A DNA stretch of 63,892 nucleotides, the filler included, from Reclinomonas americana ATCC 50394 (taxonomy: Eukaryota): the NCBI GenBank assembly GCA_048213135.1. It is 5 parts of 3 records of this genome, joined end to end, with 100 filler letters (N's around TTAATTAATTAA, not from the genome) between each part and the next. Parts side by side here need not be neighbours in the genome. Positions count along the whole stretch, not along the records: positions 38,225 to 59,161 come from PS015311.1; 4 more parts are not named here. One strand, 5' to 3'. Positions 38,273 to 49,629 of the stretch are shown piece by piece (the stretch's first letter is position 1; each line of letters opens with the position of its first letter). The translations under genes were made by a program, and so were the position numbers. The notes beneath the pieces are model-generated. The model worked only from the letters and a program-made list of their open reading frames with translations. It had not been told where the DNA came from and made no database searches.

Positions 38273-39376
38273 TGCACCGCATGAACGCCTATGCTTTTGG
38301 TGTTTGTGACGGTCAGCGACTTCTGCTGGACATTCTGGAGAACGAGTCGTCGGTGCCGGTGTTGGAGCACGTCTTGGCGGCTCTGCGCATGGTGTCTGTG
38401 GGCAACCGACGCCAGTCGCGCATCTTTGTGGAGCTGCATGGCCGTGATCGTGTCTCGCGACTGGTCAAGCGCCTGCGCAGCGACCCCACCTTTGTGGAGC
38501 TGGTGCGTGCGATTGGCATCATGCCCAATGGCATCACCTCGGACGAGCAAGTGCGGGAGGTGATGGCCGCCTGTGCTCAGCTGCAGGGTGCACGCTACCG
38601 CAATCCGTACGGCAATCCTGGTGAGTGCCTTTGTGCTGATTCAGTGAGTGTGTGTGCCTCACACGTCTGACGATTTTTGTTTTTCTTTGTTGCAGAGCAA
38701 TTCTGCAAGCAGTTCTACCGCACGTACGAGTACTTTATCTCGGAGCAGCTGCCGTCGCACGACGGCGTGTTTGCCGTGCGCGTGGTGAACGAGGATCTGC
38801 AGTCGTGGAAGTGGGTGTGCAAGAATGTCACGGAGCGCTTGTTGTCGCTGGGTCCCGACCGGCGCCAGCACTGCGATTCGCCGCCGTTCCGCATTGGGCC
38901 GTACTCGTGGTGCATGCGTCTGGTGCGACAGGAGAATCACGTGGGCATTTTCTTGATGCCGTCTGGTGAGTGTGGCTTGTGTGGAAAAGAGGAGTAATGT
39001 TGTGTGCGGAAAAACTGACTGTAGATGGTTGTGCGTTTCTGCAGAGGCTCCGAGGACACAGAGATCGCACCGATTCCCCGCCGTCTTCCGGTTGGGTCTC
39101 ATCAACCAGGAGGACGTGCTGCGCTCGCTGTATGGGTGCGTGTGCTGGTGCTCTATCTGTTGTGAATGTCCTTCCGCTCATTGCCATGTGTGTGCGCGCA
39201 GAGATTATCGCACGTTCTTCTGGCGCGAGGTGCAGGACTGGGGCGATCGCAAGTTTGTGCTCACGCAAGTGTTGCAAGACTTTGTGCTGGACGACACGCT
39301 GGTCGTCGAGGCGTTGGTGCATGTGAAGGACCGCACCGATCCGTGCCCGTTTGAGTTTTTCGAGCGGGAAGCGTGA
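38273..39376 (+). CDS. 3' part of an ARM plus MATH/TRAF-domain protein
   Basis: EHVLAALRMVSVGNRRQSRIFVELHG (ARM); WKWVCKNV..DSPPFRIGPYSWCMRL..VGIFL..FRLGLIN..DWGDRKFV..FVLDDTLVVEALV (MATH); stop 39374-39376. Confidence 0.8.
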
Positions 39377-39950
39377 TTTGTTTTGATGTAGGTATCATTA
39401 GCCATCCATCCATCCATATATGTTATTAGTGTAAGCTCGACTGTTAATGTGGTACGCGAAGGATGGGTGTTGGCGTGCGTGCGAGCTTTGAGGTTCCATT
39501 GTGCATTTTTGGCATGCGACTCGTCGCGATCGGATACGTACCGAACATGACAACAACAGAGAGAGGGGACAGAGGGAGAGACGGCAATAGATGGAATGGG
39601 AAGGGTGTGAGAGACAGTGAGAGGGGGAGAGAGACACACACCACGTGGATTCGAACTCACGTCCGAATCATGCAAATCCGAACAAGCGGCGCACAGCTCG
39701 CAGGGTTCCTCTTTCTCCATGAACACACTGGCCTGTGTATTAGCGTGCGCCACCTCGCATGCCATGCCACCGTGGTGATGTCGGCGTCGCGAACGGCAGT
39801 TGGATTGTGACAAGCCCGATTGCTATTTTTGCACCTGCCAGCGTACAAGTGGACAACAAGAAGACTTCCAGACAACAATTATTTTGCATTCTCCCTGGAG
39901 CGCAGACCAACAAAACTTCCCCTTCTACCTCATCACCATCATCATCCATC

Positions 39951-41832
39951 ATGAGCGACGATAGCGCAACCTTCCCTTCATCGGCGGCAGCACCTGCGGC
40001 CACCGTTGATGCACCGATGACTCCCGTGGCGCCTGCTTCCGATCCCGACGAGGCGCCGGCAACCTTTGGCACCTTTGTTCGACGACCAGGCCAGGTGAGA
40101 ATGGACCCATCTGTGTACTCCCTCTTTGATGCACGCCGCTCACTGTGCGCGTGCACACAGATCCCTCTCACATGCCAACCCGACGTGCAAGCCGTGCGGT
40201 GTTCCGAAGAGACGGAGCTGGACGTGGTGGTCTCACTGCGAGCACCGCCCGTCTCGCAGGACGACAGCGACCGCGAGCGCAAGCCGCTTGACCTGGTGTT
40301 TGTCGTCGATTGCTCCGGCAGCATGGGCAGCACAGCCGTGCAGGGCGCAGCACTGGTGAGTTTTTTTGTCTTCGCGCGTCCGCCCTCTCGTTCGATTTCG
40401 ATATTGACGCAAACTTCTCCCTCTCTCTCTCCCTCGCGGCAGACCAAGATGGACTTGCTGCACACGACGCTGGAATTCGCACTGACGCAACTCACTCACC
40501 GCGACCGAGTGGCCGTGGTGGCTTTCGACGATCGCGTGGAGACGGTGTGCGACCTGATGGCGGTCAACGAGGCCGGCAAGAGCCGCCTGCAGGCCGGCAT
40601 CAAGGGCATCCGACCACGCGGCTCGACCAACCTGTCGGGTGGCATTCTGCGCGGCCTCTCGCTGCTGCAGGCCGGCCGTGTCAACGACGTGGCCTCCATC
40701 ATTGTGTTCACCGACGGCCTCGCAAACCACGGCATCGTGCAGGAGGGTCCGTTGTGCGAGGCGGTGCGTGGCGCGCTGTCGCAGCACCGCGATCCCGCAC
40801 CGACCATCATCACCATGGGCTACGGCGCCGACCACAACGCCAGCATGCTCCGCGCGATTGCCGAGGTGGCCAATGGCACCTACAACTTTGTGGAGAACGC
40901 CGAGGTGATCTCGACGGCGTTTGGTGCCGCGCTGGGCGGCCTCATGAGCGTCGTGGCGCAGAACATCACCGTCACCCTCAACTGCACCACCGAGGGCGTC
41001 CTCGTGCTCAAGTCGCACACCAAGTTCCACTCCACCATGCTCGACGGCGGCAAGTCCGTGCTGATCGACCTCGGCGACATGTACGCCGAGGAGGCTCGCG
41101 ACCTGCTGTTCACGCTGCGCATTCCGGCCGTGCACGAGCCGCGTGGTGAGTTGTTTTTTTGCGCACACACGTAGATGAAAATGGGAGGCATCCTTGGGCT
41201 CACTCGCGCTGTTTGCAGATTCGTGGCCCGTGTTCGACGTGCGCGCCGAGTACTTTAACGTGCTGGCCAGCCAGATGGTCGACACCGCCTCGGCACTCAC
41301 CATCCACCGCCCCGACTCGTTCCCTGCCGACTTTTTGTTGGAGCACAGTGGCCTGGTCGATCAGCACCGCAATCGATCCATTGCCACCGAGGCACTGGAG
41401 CGCGCCATCAAGTTGGCCGACTCGAACAAGGCCAGCGACGCCCGCGACATTATTCAGGCGGCCATTGACCGCATTGAGCGATCGATTAGCGCCGAAGATG
41501 ACCTGTGCCGCTTCCTCATCGAGGATCTGCGTCACACGCTGGCCGACCTGCGCAGCCGCGAGTCGTGGGCCACTGGCGGTGCCTCCAACGCGCACAGCCA
41601 CCTCAACACGCACGCACAGCAGCGCGCGTGCAGCAGCGCCGTCTCCAGTGCGCCGCGCTACATGAACTCGGTGCAGGCGTGCCAGGCCGCCGTGTGGGCC
41701 GACCACATCTCTGCTGCCGTCTCGCCCATGGGCATGGGCGGCTACGGCGCCGCCGGCCCCAGCAGCGTCAACCCACCGTCGCCGCAGCTGTTGCAGTTCC
41801 AGAATGTGCGCAACCTGCAATTGCCGCGCTAA
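39951..41832 (+). CDS. von Willebrand factor A domain protein with C-terminal Vwaint-like helical extension
   Basis: PLDLVFVVDCSGSM (MIDAS DxSxS), DRVAVVAFD, GSTNLSGG, IIVFTDGLANHG, GYGADHN; 3 GT-AG introns; TAA 41830-41832. Confidence 0.9.
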
Positions 41833-42064
41833 TCACCACCGAGTAGTTAGAGAAGTTAGTAGTACGTAGAGTGGGACGAGGAGGAGGAGTACTACAGTCG
41901 AATGGCCTGCATGTTAGAAGAAAACATGTGCGCCTGCTGTCTGTGTGTGTCTCTCTCTTCCTCGGTCTCCAATGTTGTACCAATACACACAATAACAAAT
42001 GTTTGACAATAATTATATGAACTCAAATGTGACAGAAGCGGGAAAGGAGGAGAAGGAGAAGCAG

Positions 42065-43578
42065 TTACTTCTTGCCGGGTGCCGATGGGGCGCTCGTCGA
42101 TTTGAGGCAGTCTTTGAACTTGAAGGTTTCCTCCATGAAGGTCTTCATCTCTGAGGCGCAGAATGGGGAAAGTGAGGGAAGGGGGAAGGGGGGGGGGGGG
42201 GGGGCAAGGGGGACAAAGGGGAAGGGGGAGAGGCAAGGGGAGGAAATGGGGGAAGAGGAGAAAGCAGAACATGGGAGGTGAAGGAAAGAGAGAGAGAGAG
42301 GGAGGAAGGAGAAGCAGAGAGTGAGAGATGCGCGTAAACACAGCAAGAAATGAAGTATGACAATGTGGAAGAGATGAGATGCACGAAAGATGTATTAGAG
42401 GTAGAGACGAGAAACAAAGAGCACATGACGAAGTGGAACTCAGAAAAGGAGAAGGGTGTGAGAGAAGGAAAGAGGAGCGCAGAATCGACGATGACAGCAG
42501 CTCGTCCTCATAGGTGCGCGTGCACAGCGAGAAAGAAGAGGATTGGACACGCGCGAAGCAAAGAGATGAACAAAAGGTACACACGACGAAGTGGAACTCA
42601 GAGAAGGACAAGGGTGCGGGAGAAGAGGAGAGCAGAATCGACGACGACAGCAGCTCATACTCATAGGAGCGCGTGTACAGCGAGAAAGAAGAGGATTGGA
42701 CACGCACGCAGTGAGAGTCGCAAAGGAGAGAGAGAGAGAGAGAGAGAGAGACTCTGCACGTGAGAACGAAGAGAACTGCACATATGCGCAACAGCGTCAA
42801 GAAGCACAAGCACGAGCAAGAAGCGCAGACATGAGAGAGTGCACAGCAGCACAGCTTGCACGAGAGAATTCAAGAGTACGTGCGCGAAGACATATACACA
42901 GCTTCGCATAGCGTGAAACAACAAGGCGAGAACCAAATGAGCTGGAAACGAGCGAAAGAAGTACATGCCTATAGTGAGAGAGAGACAGAGCGAGGAAGAC
43001 GTTGCAAGGCGAGTCCGTGAAGCAGACAGTCCCTTTTCCCTCCTTCTCACCATACTTCTTCCGATGGAAGGTCATGTCATGCGGATGCATGGTCTCCCAC
43101 TCCGTGTGCGGATTCGGTGGCAACGGCGACTGCCGCGACCACGCTCCATACGACGAGTTCGACACACTCTGCTTCGGAACCTGCGCCGCAGTCGGAGTGA
43201 AGCCGCCCAGCAGTCGCGCAACCAGACAGTCACGAGTGCGCATGACCGGGATGTGCGCGGACAGGGAGGAGGATGCTGTGAAAAGGGGGGAAGAGAGAGG
43301 GTGAGGGAGAGATAAGGGCAAGGAGAAGAAGAGTGAAGAGTGAGTGGGTGAGTGAATGATTGATTGCTTGAATACGTCTCTCTTCTCTCTTCTTTCTTCT
43401 CTCTTCTCTCTTCTCTGTGTGTGTGTGTTCGTGCGTGTGTGTGCGTGTATGTGTGTGTCTGGCCGAAACTGTCACTGAGGTTGGAGCGTTGCGAGTGTGG
43501 CGATTCCGCCTGCGTCGGAAGGAGAGATTCGCACGCACACATGAGACAACACACACACGCACACACACATACACGCAC

Positions 43579-43618
<40 letters not shown>

Positions 43619-43749
43619 ACACAAAAAACGCAGTCAGCAAACCCTTGGTGTGCCGTTCTTGCTGCGCGTTTACAAAGAGCGGTGTCAGTGAGTCATGTGG
43701 CCTCCCATGCACACACACATAACACACACAAAGGCACAACGAACCTCAT
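42065..43749 (-). CDS. small protein of unknown function, possibly ciliary microtubule-inner-protein-like
   Basis: Phase-consistent exons ...AESPHSQRSNLSD|TSSS...SVSNSSYGAW...MTFHRKKY|EMKTFMEETFKFKDCLK...KK*; first exons tentative. Confidence 0.45.
42425..42712. repeat. intronic tandem duplication (~158 bp period)
   Basis: ACGAAGTGGAACTCAGA...GCAGAATCGACGA.GACAGCAGCTC...ACAGCGAGAAAGAAGAGGATTGGACACGC present twice. Confidence 0.85.
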
Positions 43750-43828
43750 TTCTCGCACGCAGAATGATTAGATCGGAGGTAACGCGCGCGAGCACGTCGC
43801 CATTGTCCTCAGCCAATGTCCTTCGCCT

Positions 43829-43935
43829 GAAGCGGATTCGCGGTGCTTGCCAGAGATGGTGCTGCGATGTTTTATAGTTGAGGAGGCCGAGGTTGTGCTG
43901 CATCAATGTATGTGTGATCCGGGCTCGAGGTGGTA
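43829..43935 (+). pseudogene. 3' remnant of a third WD40 gene copy with a 1-nt deletion
   Basis: GAAGCGGATTCGCGGTGCTTGCCAGAGATGG...GGTGGTAG matches the 3' ends of both WD40 genes; GATGTTTATAG here versus GATGTTTTATAG in the intact copies; no upstream WD repeats. Confidence 0.8.
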
Positions 43936-44099
43936 GGAAGCGAGATACATGCGAAGTGGAATGAAGGCATGCGAGGACATTTGTCACTCAGTCACCATCC
44001 TTCATTCATAACACGCACGCACACGCACTCTCGCATTCACTCGCTGCACCTCCCTCTCCCCCACCTCCCTCTCTCCCACCCTCACCGCATCGCTCATCC

Positions 44100-45185
44100 A
44101 TGTCTCTCCCCACCACCACCACCACTCTCCCTCCCATGCGCCTGCGTGGGCACACTGGAGTGGTGGCCGCTGTCGCATTCACACCAGATGGTCGACACAT
44201 CATCAGCGGGAGTTGGGACTGCACTGTGCGCGTGTGGTCTGCGATAAGTGGAAAAGAGGTCCGCGTGTTGGAGGGACATAGTGGGCGAGTGACATCGATT
44301 GCTGTTACTCCCGATGGCCTGTGCATTGTGAGTGGCAGCTGGGATAACACTGTGCGCGTGTGGTCGCTGGCGAGTGGGGAGCAAGTCCGCCGCTCAAATG
44401 GGCACACCAACGCAGTGGACGCTGTCGCTGTCTCTCCAGATGGTCAGCATGTCGTGAGTGGCAGCTGGGATACAACAGTGTGCGTGTTGTCTCTGGCGCG
44501 TCGGCAGCAGGTGCGACAGCTGAATGGTCATATTCGAGCTGTGCTTACCGTCGCTGTCACTCCCTGCAGTCAGCACGTTGTCAGTGGCGGTAATGACAGG
44601 ACGGTACGAGTGTGGTCTCTGGCGAGTGGCGAAGAGTTGCGACGGTTTGTGGGACATGCGCTGGAGGTGCGATGTGCGACTGTCACTCCCGACGGTCAGC
44701 ATGTTGTGATTGCGATTGAGGACAAGACACTTCGTGTGTTGTCGCTGGCAAGTGGTAAGGAAGTGCGGCGGTTCGAGGGACACGCTCATGCGGTGCAGTG
44801 TGCTGCTATCACTCCCGACGGCGAGCACGTTGTGAGTGGCGGTCATGATAGAGTGCTGCGCATGTGGTCGCTGGCAAATGGAGAAGAAGTGCGGCAGTTG
44901 TGGGACCACTTTCAAGAGGTGTGGTCTGTCGCTGTCAGTTTGTGTGGCGAGCACATCGCCAGTGCGGACGAGGGTTGCATGGTTCTCGCTTGGTCTACAC
45001 CACGCGGTCTTGCTCGCAGGGAGATGACCTTTGCAAAGGTGGCCCTGCAGGCTGTGCAGGAGATGCAGGAGGAGGATGAAGCGGATTCGCGCTGTTTGCC
45101 AGAGATGGTGCTGCGATGTTTTATAGTTGAGGAGGCAGAAGTCGTGTTGTATCGCTGCATGTGCGACCCAGGCTCGAAGTGGTAG
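44100..45185 (+). CDS. intronless 7-bladed WD40 repeat protein, copy 1
   Basis: Seven GH..V..VA(V/F)(T/S)PDG..VVSGS.D.TVRVWSLASG repeats plus C-terminal DSRCLPEMVLRCFIVEEAE. Confidence 0.9.
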   Translation: MSLPTTTTTLPPMRLRGHTGVVAAVAFTPDGRHIISGSWDCTVRVWSAISGKEVRVLEGHSGRVTSIAVTPDGLCIVSGSWDNTVRVWSLASGEQVRRSNGHTNAVDAVAVSPDGQHVVSGSWDTTVCVLSLARRQQVRQLNGHIRAVLTVAVTPCSQHVVSGGNDRTVRVWSLASGEELRRFVGHALEVRCATVTPDGQHVVIAIEDKTLRVLSLASGKEVRRFEGHAHAVQCAAITPDGEHVVSGGHDRVLRMWSLANGEEVRQLWDHFQEVWSVAVSLCGEHIASADEGCMVLAWSTPRGLARREMTFAKVALQAVQEMQEEDEADSRCLPEMVLRCFIVEEAEVVLYRCMCDPGSKW

Positions 45186-45341
45186 GAAGCGAAATGCATG
45201 CGAAGTGGAATGAAGTCATGCGAGGACATCTGTCACTCAGTCACCATCCTTCGTTCATCACGCGCACGCACACGCACTCTCGCATTCTCGCTCTCTCTTC
45301 TCCCACCTCCCTCTCTCCCACCCTCACCCCATCGCACATCC

Positions 45342-46433
45342 ATGTCTCTCCCCACCACCACCACCACTCTCCCTCCCATGCGCCTGCGTGGACACACTGC
45401 AGTTGTGGCCGCCTTGGCATTCACACCAGATGGTCAACACATCATCAGTGGGAGTTGGGATTGGACTGTGCGCGTGTGGTCTGCGACCAGCGGAAAACAG
45501 GTGTGCTTGTTGAGGGGACACACTGAGCGAGTGACATCGATTGCTGTTACTCCCGATGGATTGCACGTTGTGAGTGGCAGCCGGGATACATCAGTTCGCG
45601 TGTGGTCACTGGCGAGTGGTGAAGAAGTTCACCGCTCAAATGGGCACACCAACGCGGTGGGCGCTGTCGCCGTCTCTCCAGATGGTCAGCATGTCGTGAG
45701 TGGCAGCTGGGATACAACAGTGTGCGTGTTGTCGCTGGAGAGTCGACAGCAGGTGCGACAGCTGAGGGGTCATACTCGAGCTGTGTACACCGTTGCTGTC
45801 ACTCCCTGCAGTCAGTACGTTGTCAGTGGCGGTATCGACAGGACGGTGCGAGTGTGGTCTCTGGCGAGTGGCGAAGAGTTGCGACGGTTTGCGGTATACT
45901 CCGCGTGGGTGCGGTCTGCGACTGTCACTTCCGATGGTCAGCATGTTGTGAGTGTGAGTGAGGACAAGATAGTTCGTGTGTTGTCGCTGGCAAGTGGTGA
46001 GGAAGTGCGACGGTTCGAGGGACACACTCATGCGGTGCAGTGTGCTGCTATCACTCCCGATGGCGAGCACGTTGTGAGTGGCGGTCATGATAGAGTGCTG
46101 CGAATGTGGTCGCTGGCAAGTGGAGAAGAAGTGCGGCGGTTGTGGAGTCGCCACAATGCGGCGATGTCTTCTGTCGCTGTCAGTTTGTGTGGCGAGCACA
46201 TCGCAATTGCAAGTCAGGATAAATACAATACGGTCTTCGCTTGGTCCACGCCATGCGGCCTTGCTCGTAGGGAGATGGACTCTGCAAAAGCCGCCGTGCT
46301 GGCGGTACAGGAGATGCAGGACGCAGAAGCGGATTCGCGGTGCTTGCCAGAGATGGTGCTGCGATGTTTTATAGTTGAGGAGGCCGAGGTCGTGTTATAT
46401 CAACACATGTGTGATCCGGGCTCGCACTGGTAG
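45342..46433 (+). CDS. intronless 7-bladed WD40 repeat protein, copy 2 (1242-bp tandem period)
   Basis: Same start MSLPTTTTTLPPMRLRGH, same repeats and tail; spacer 45186-45341 matches 43936-44099. Confidence 0.9.
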   Translation: MSLPTTTTTLPPMRLRGHTAVVAALAFTPDGQHIISGSWDWTVRVWSATSGKQVCLLRGHTERVTSIAVTPDGLHVVSGSRDTSVRVWSLASGEEVHRSNGHTNAVGAVAVSPDGQHVVSGSWDTTVCVLSLESRQQVRQLRGHTRAVYTVAVTPCSQYVVSGGIDRTVRVWSLASGEELRRFAVYSAWVRSATVTSDGQHVVSVSEDKIVRVLSLASGEEVRRFEGHTHAVQCAAITPDGEHVVSGGHDRVLRMWSLASGEEVRRLWSRHNAAMSSVAVSLCGEHIAIASQDKYNTVFAWSTPCGLARREMDSAKAAVLAVQEMQDAEADSRCLPEMVLRCFIVEEAEVVLYQHMCDPGSHW

Positions 46434-46529
46434 GAAGCGATAATGAAGTCATGATGCAATACGCAGAGTTTCCAACATACGGTCCTCCAGGACTCTTCTT
46501 CTTGCACACACCGACGGTCGACCTCGAGA

Positions 46530-49200
46530 ATGCGATTCGTGCTGTTGCTCGCCTCCGTGCTGTACTCTGCAGTGCTCCTCCTTGCCGTGCTGGCGGTCAT
46601 CTCCTCCAAGGGATCCTCGGCATACGTGCCCTGCTCGGACTCGACAACCGCGGGAAAACTCGTGCTGGTGGGCGGCGGACTGGTTCGTCTCACGTTGCAA
46701 GAAGAAGATGAAGTGAGAGAGAGACAGTAACTCACAGCACACGGCAGAACGACAACAATGCTCTGATCTATGGCACCATTCTCGGCTTGGTCGGTGGTGC
46801 TGATCAAGCGCGCGTGTGCATTCTTCCGGGTGCCAGTGATGATCCGGTCGGCTCATGGGTCTACTATCGTGACCTGCTCAACAAGACGTACCATGTGCCA
46901 CTGGAGCACATCAACTGGGTGCCCGTCGATGTCGCCCACAAGGCCAACAACTCCAATCCGGTCTGCATCATGCATTTGTGCATCAGTTGCTGTGGAGCTT
47001 ATGTTGTTTCTCTCGTTCACGTTCACAGGCGGTGGTCGACATTGTGAACCAGTGCACGGTGTACTTTTTCGGTGGTGGCGATCAGGTGCGCCTCACTGAC
47101 TCATTGTTCTTGGAGCCCGTGAGTCTTCGTAAGCCGTCGCCAGTGTTGGAGGCAATTCAAATTCGGTTTGCCGGTGGTGCGGTGATTGCCGGCACCTCGG
47201 CCGGCACGGCGTCGCAGACGAGTAGTGTGATGATTGAGGGTGGTCTCTCGTGGGATGCGTTCACGTACGGCGCACACGTGTACGGCAAGGATGACCATCC
47301 CGACGATCTGGTGTATGTGCCGGAGGGTGGCCTCGCCAACTTCCGGTTTGGTCTGTTGGACTCGCACTTTTCGAATCGCGGGCGGCAGGGTGAGGCGGGG
47401 TGGACAAGGGAGAGGGAAAGGAGGACAAGAGAAGAGAGGGAAGAGAGAGAGAGAGAGAGGAGGGAGGGAGGAGGAGGAGAAGAAGTGAGAGGAGGAGAGA
47501 GAGAGAGAGAGACGTANNNNNNNNNNNNNNNNNNNNNNNNNNNNNNNNNNNNNNNNNNNNNNNNNNNNNNNNNNNNNNNNNNNNNNNNNNNNNNNNNNNN
47601 NNNNNNNNNNNNNNNNNNNNNNNNNNNNNNNNNNNNNNNNNNNNNNNNNNNNNNNNNNNNNNNNNNNNNNNNNNNNNNNNNNNNNNNNNNNNNNNNNNNN
47701 NNNNNNNNNNNNNNNNNNNNNNNNNNNNNNNNNNNNNNNNNNNNNNNNNNNNNNNNNNNNNNNNNNNNNNNNNNNNNNNNNNNNNNNNNNNNNNNNNNNN
47801 NNNNNNNNNNNNNNNNNNNNNNNNNNNNNNNNNNNNNNNNNNNNNNNNNNNNNNNNNNNNNNNNNNNNNNNNNNNNNNNNNNNNNNNNNNNNNNNNNNNN
47901 NNNNNNNNNNNNNNNNNNNNNNNNNNNNNNNNNNNNNNNNNNNNNNNNNNNNNNNNNNNNNNNNNNNNNNNNNNNNNNNNNNNNNNNNNNNNNNNNNNNN
48001 NNNNNNNNNNNNNNNNNNNNNNNNNNNNNNNNNNNNNNNNNNNNNNNNNNNNNNNNNNNNNNNNNNNNNNNNNNNNNNNNNNNNNNNNNGAGAGAGAGAG
48101 ACCCTGTTAAACTGCGTGTTCCTTCCTGCTCGTTTCGTGCCTGGTGTCACTTGTGCCCCTGCTTCCGATCAGGTCGCTTCCTGCGTCTGTTGTGGGATAG
48201 AGAGAGAGAGAGCTCTTGTCAACCTGCTTGCTCCTTATCGTTTGCTCTTCCTGCTCGTTTTCGTGCCGGATATCACTTGCGCCTCACTGCTTCCACCCAG
48301 GCCGCTTCATGCGTCTGTTGTGGGATACGCAGAATTTGCCGAAGGGCAAGAAGGTTCGTTTCAAGCCGCGGGAGTCGTCGCTTGCTTTGCACTCCGTGTG
48401 ACCACCCCCCCCCCCCCCGTCCTCCCGGCAGATCGGCTTTGCTCCCGACGAGAACACTGCCTTCTGCCTGGGCGGCCTCGGCCAGGTGCACCCGTTCATC
48501 GAGGTCCTCGGTCAGAGTGGTGTCACTGTCATCGACGTCTCGCAAGCGAACTCGACCTCGTCCTTCCCATTCCGTCTCAGCAACGCCCGCGTCTCGTACT
48601 TGACACAAGGCGACCGTTTCTACTTTGACACTAACACGGTGGAATACGCGTCGTGGAAGGTGTGCACGACATTGCGTTTCGTGGTGTCGCCCTTCCTGCT
48701 TCCCACTCACCGCTGCCTGCACACAGCAATCACTGAAGGGTCGTGAGCACCATGCACATGCTCTCACGTTGCGTCCTCTGCCATCGCCTCCTCCGTGTTC
48801 ACTCGCCTGTTCACAAACCTTTCTCCATTCCCAGCTCCTCTGACATTTTCAACTCGCCGAACCGAGCCAGCACGGAAGCGCCGACAGCACCCTTCCAGTT
48901 TGTGAGCGTGGCCACCAGTTTGGTGGACTGCAAGTCTGACAAGTGCGTGGTGCTTGATGCATGCACAGAATGCCTCTGTTTGATTAACAATTCTCTCGCA
49001 GATCGACGTATGGCACCACGTACGAGACGGATCCCGACGAGTACCGCGTCACCTTCACTCGCGACAGTGCAACAACCGGCTACGACGGCACCGACACGAC
49101 GTCGAAGCAGTATTACATTTCGTACAATCAGATGCGTGTGGACGTGGCGCCGGTGGCACGTGAGACCGTGCTGAGCGCGTCGACGGAAGTCGATGCGTAG
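46530..49200 (+). CDS. secreted cyanophycinase (peptidase S51, extracellular CphE-like)
   Basis: Signal peptide, GKLVLVGGGL, YFFGGGDQVRL, AVIAGTSAG (Ser), LLDSHFSNRGRQGR (His), GFAPDENTA (Glu), SYLTQGDRF; GT-AG introns; TAG 49198-49200. Confidence 0.85.
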
Positions 49201-49369
49201 TGCACTATGGAGTGCGCAGCTGTTCTTCCTTGACCCAAGGAAAGTGTAACACAACGACAACAACAACAGTAACAACAACAAAACGGTCTTCACTTTCAAT
49301 CGTACTCAAACGACAGAACAGCGGGAGAGAGAGAAGTACAACGGAGGCACTGGTGACGGAGCGGACGAC

Positions 49370-49598
49370 TTATTTGAGAATGCACACGTAGCCACTGCAA
49401 AAGAGGGGAAGGGTGATGTGAGTGACGACAAAAAGAGGCAAGGGGAGAGAGTGGATGATGCGACGCAACTGCGAGCGGATCCAGTTGTCCTTCACCACAT
49501 TCCGCAATCCGTGCTTGGAGGGCGACAGCGGTGCAGTCTCCACTCCCCATCCAATCACTGAGTGGTGCGATGATGAGCACTCTGCACTTAATGGTGGC

Positions 49599-49629
<31 letters not shown>

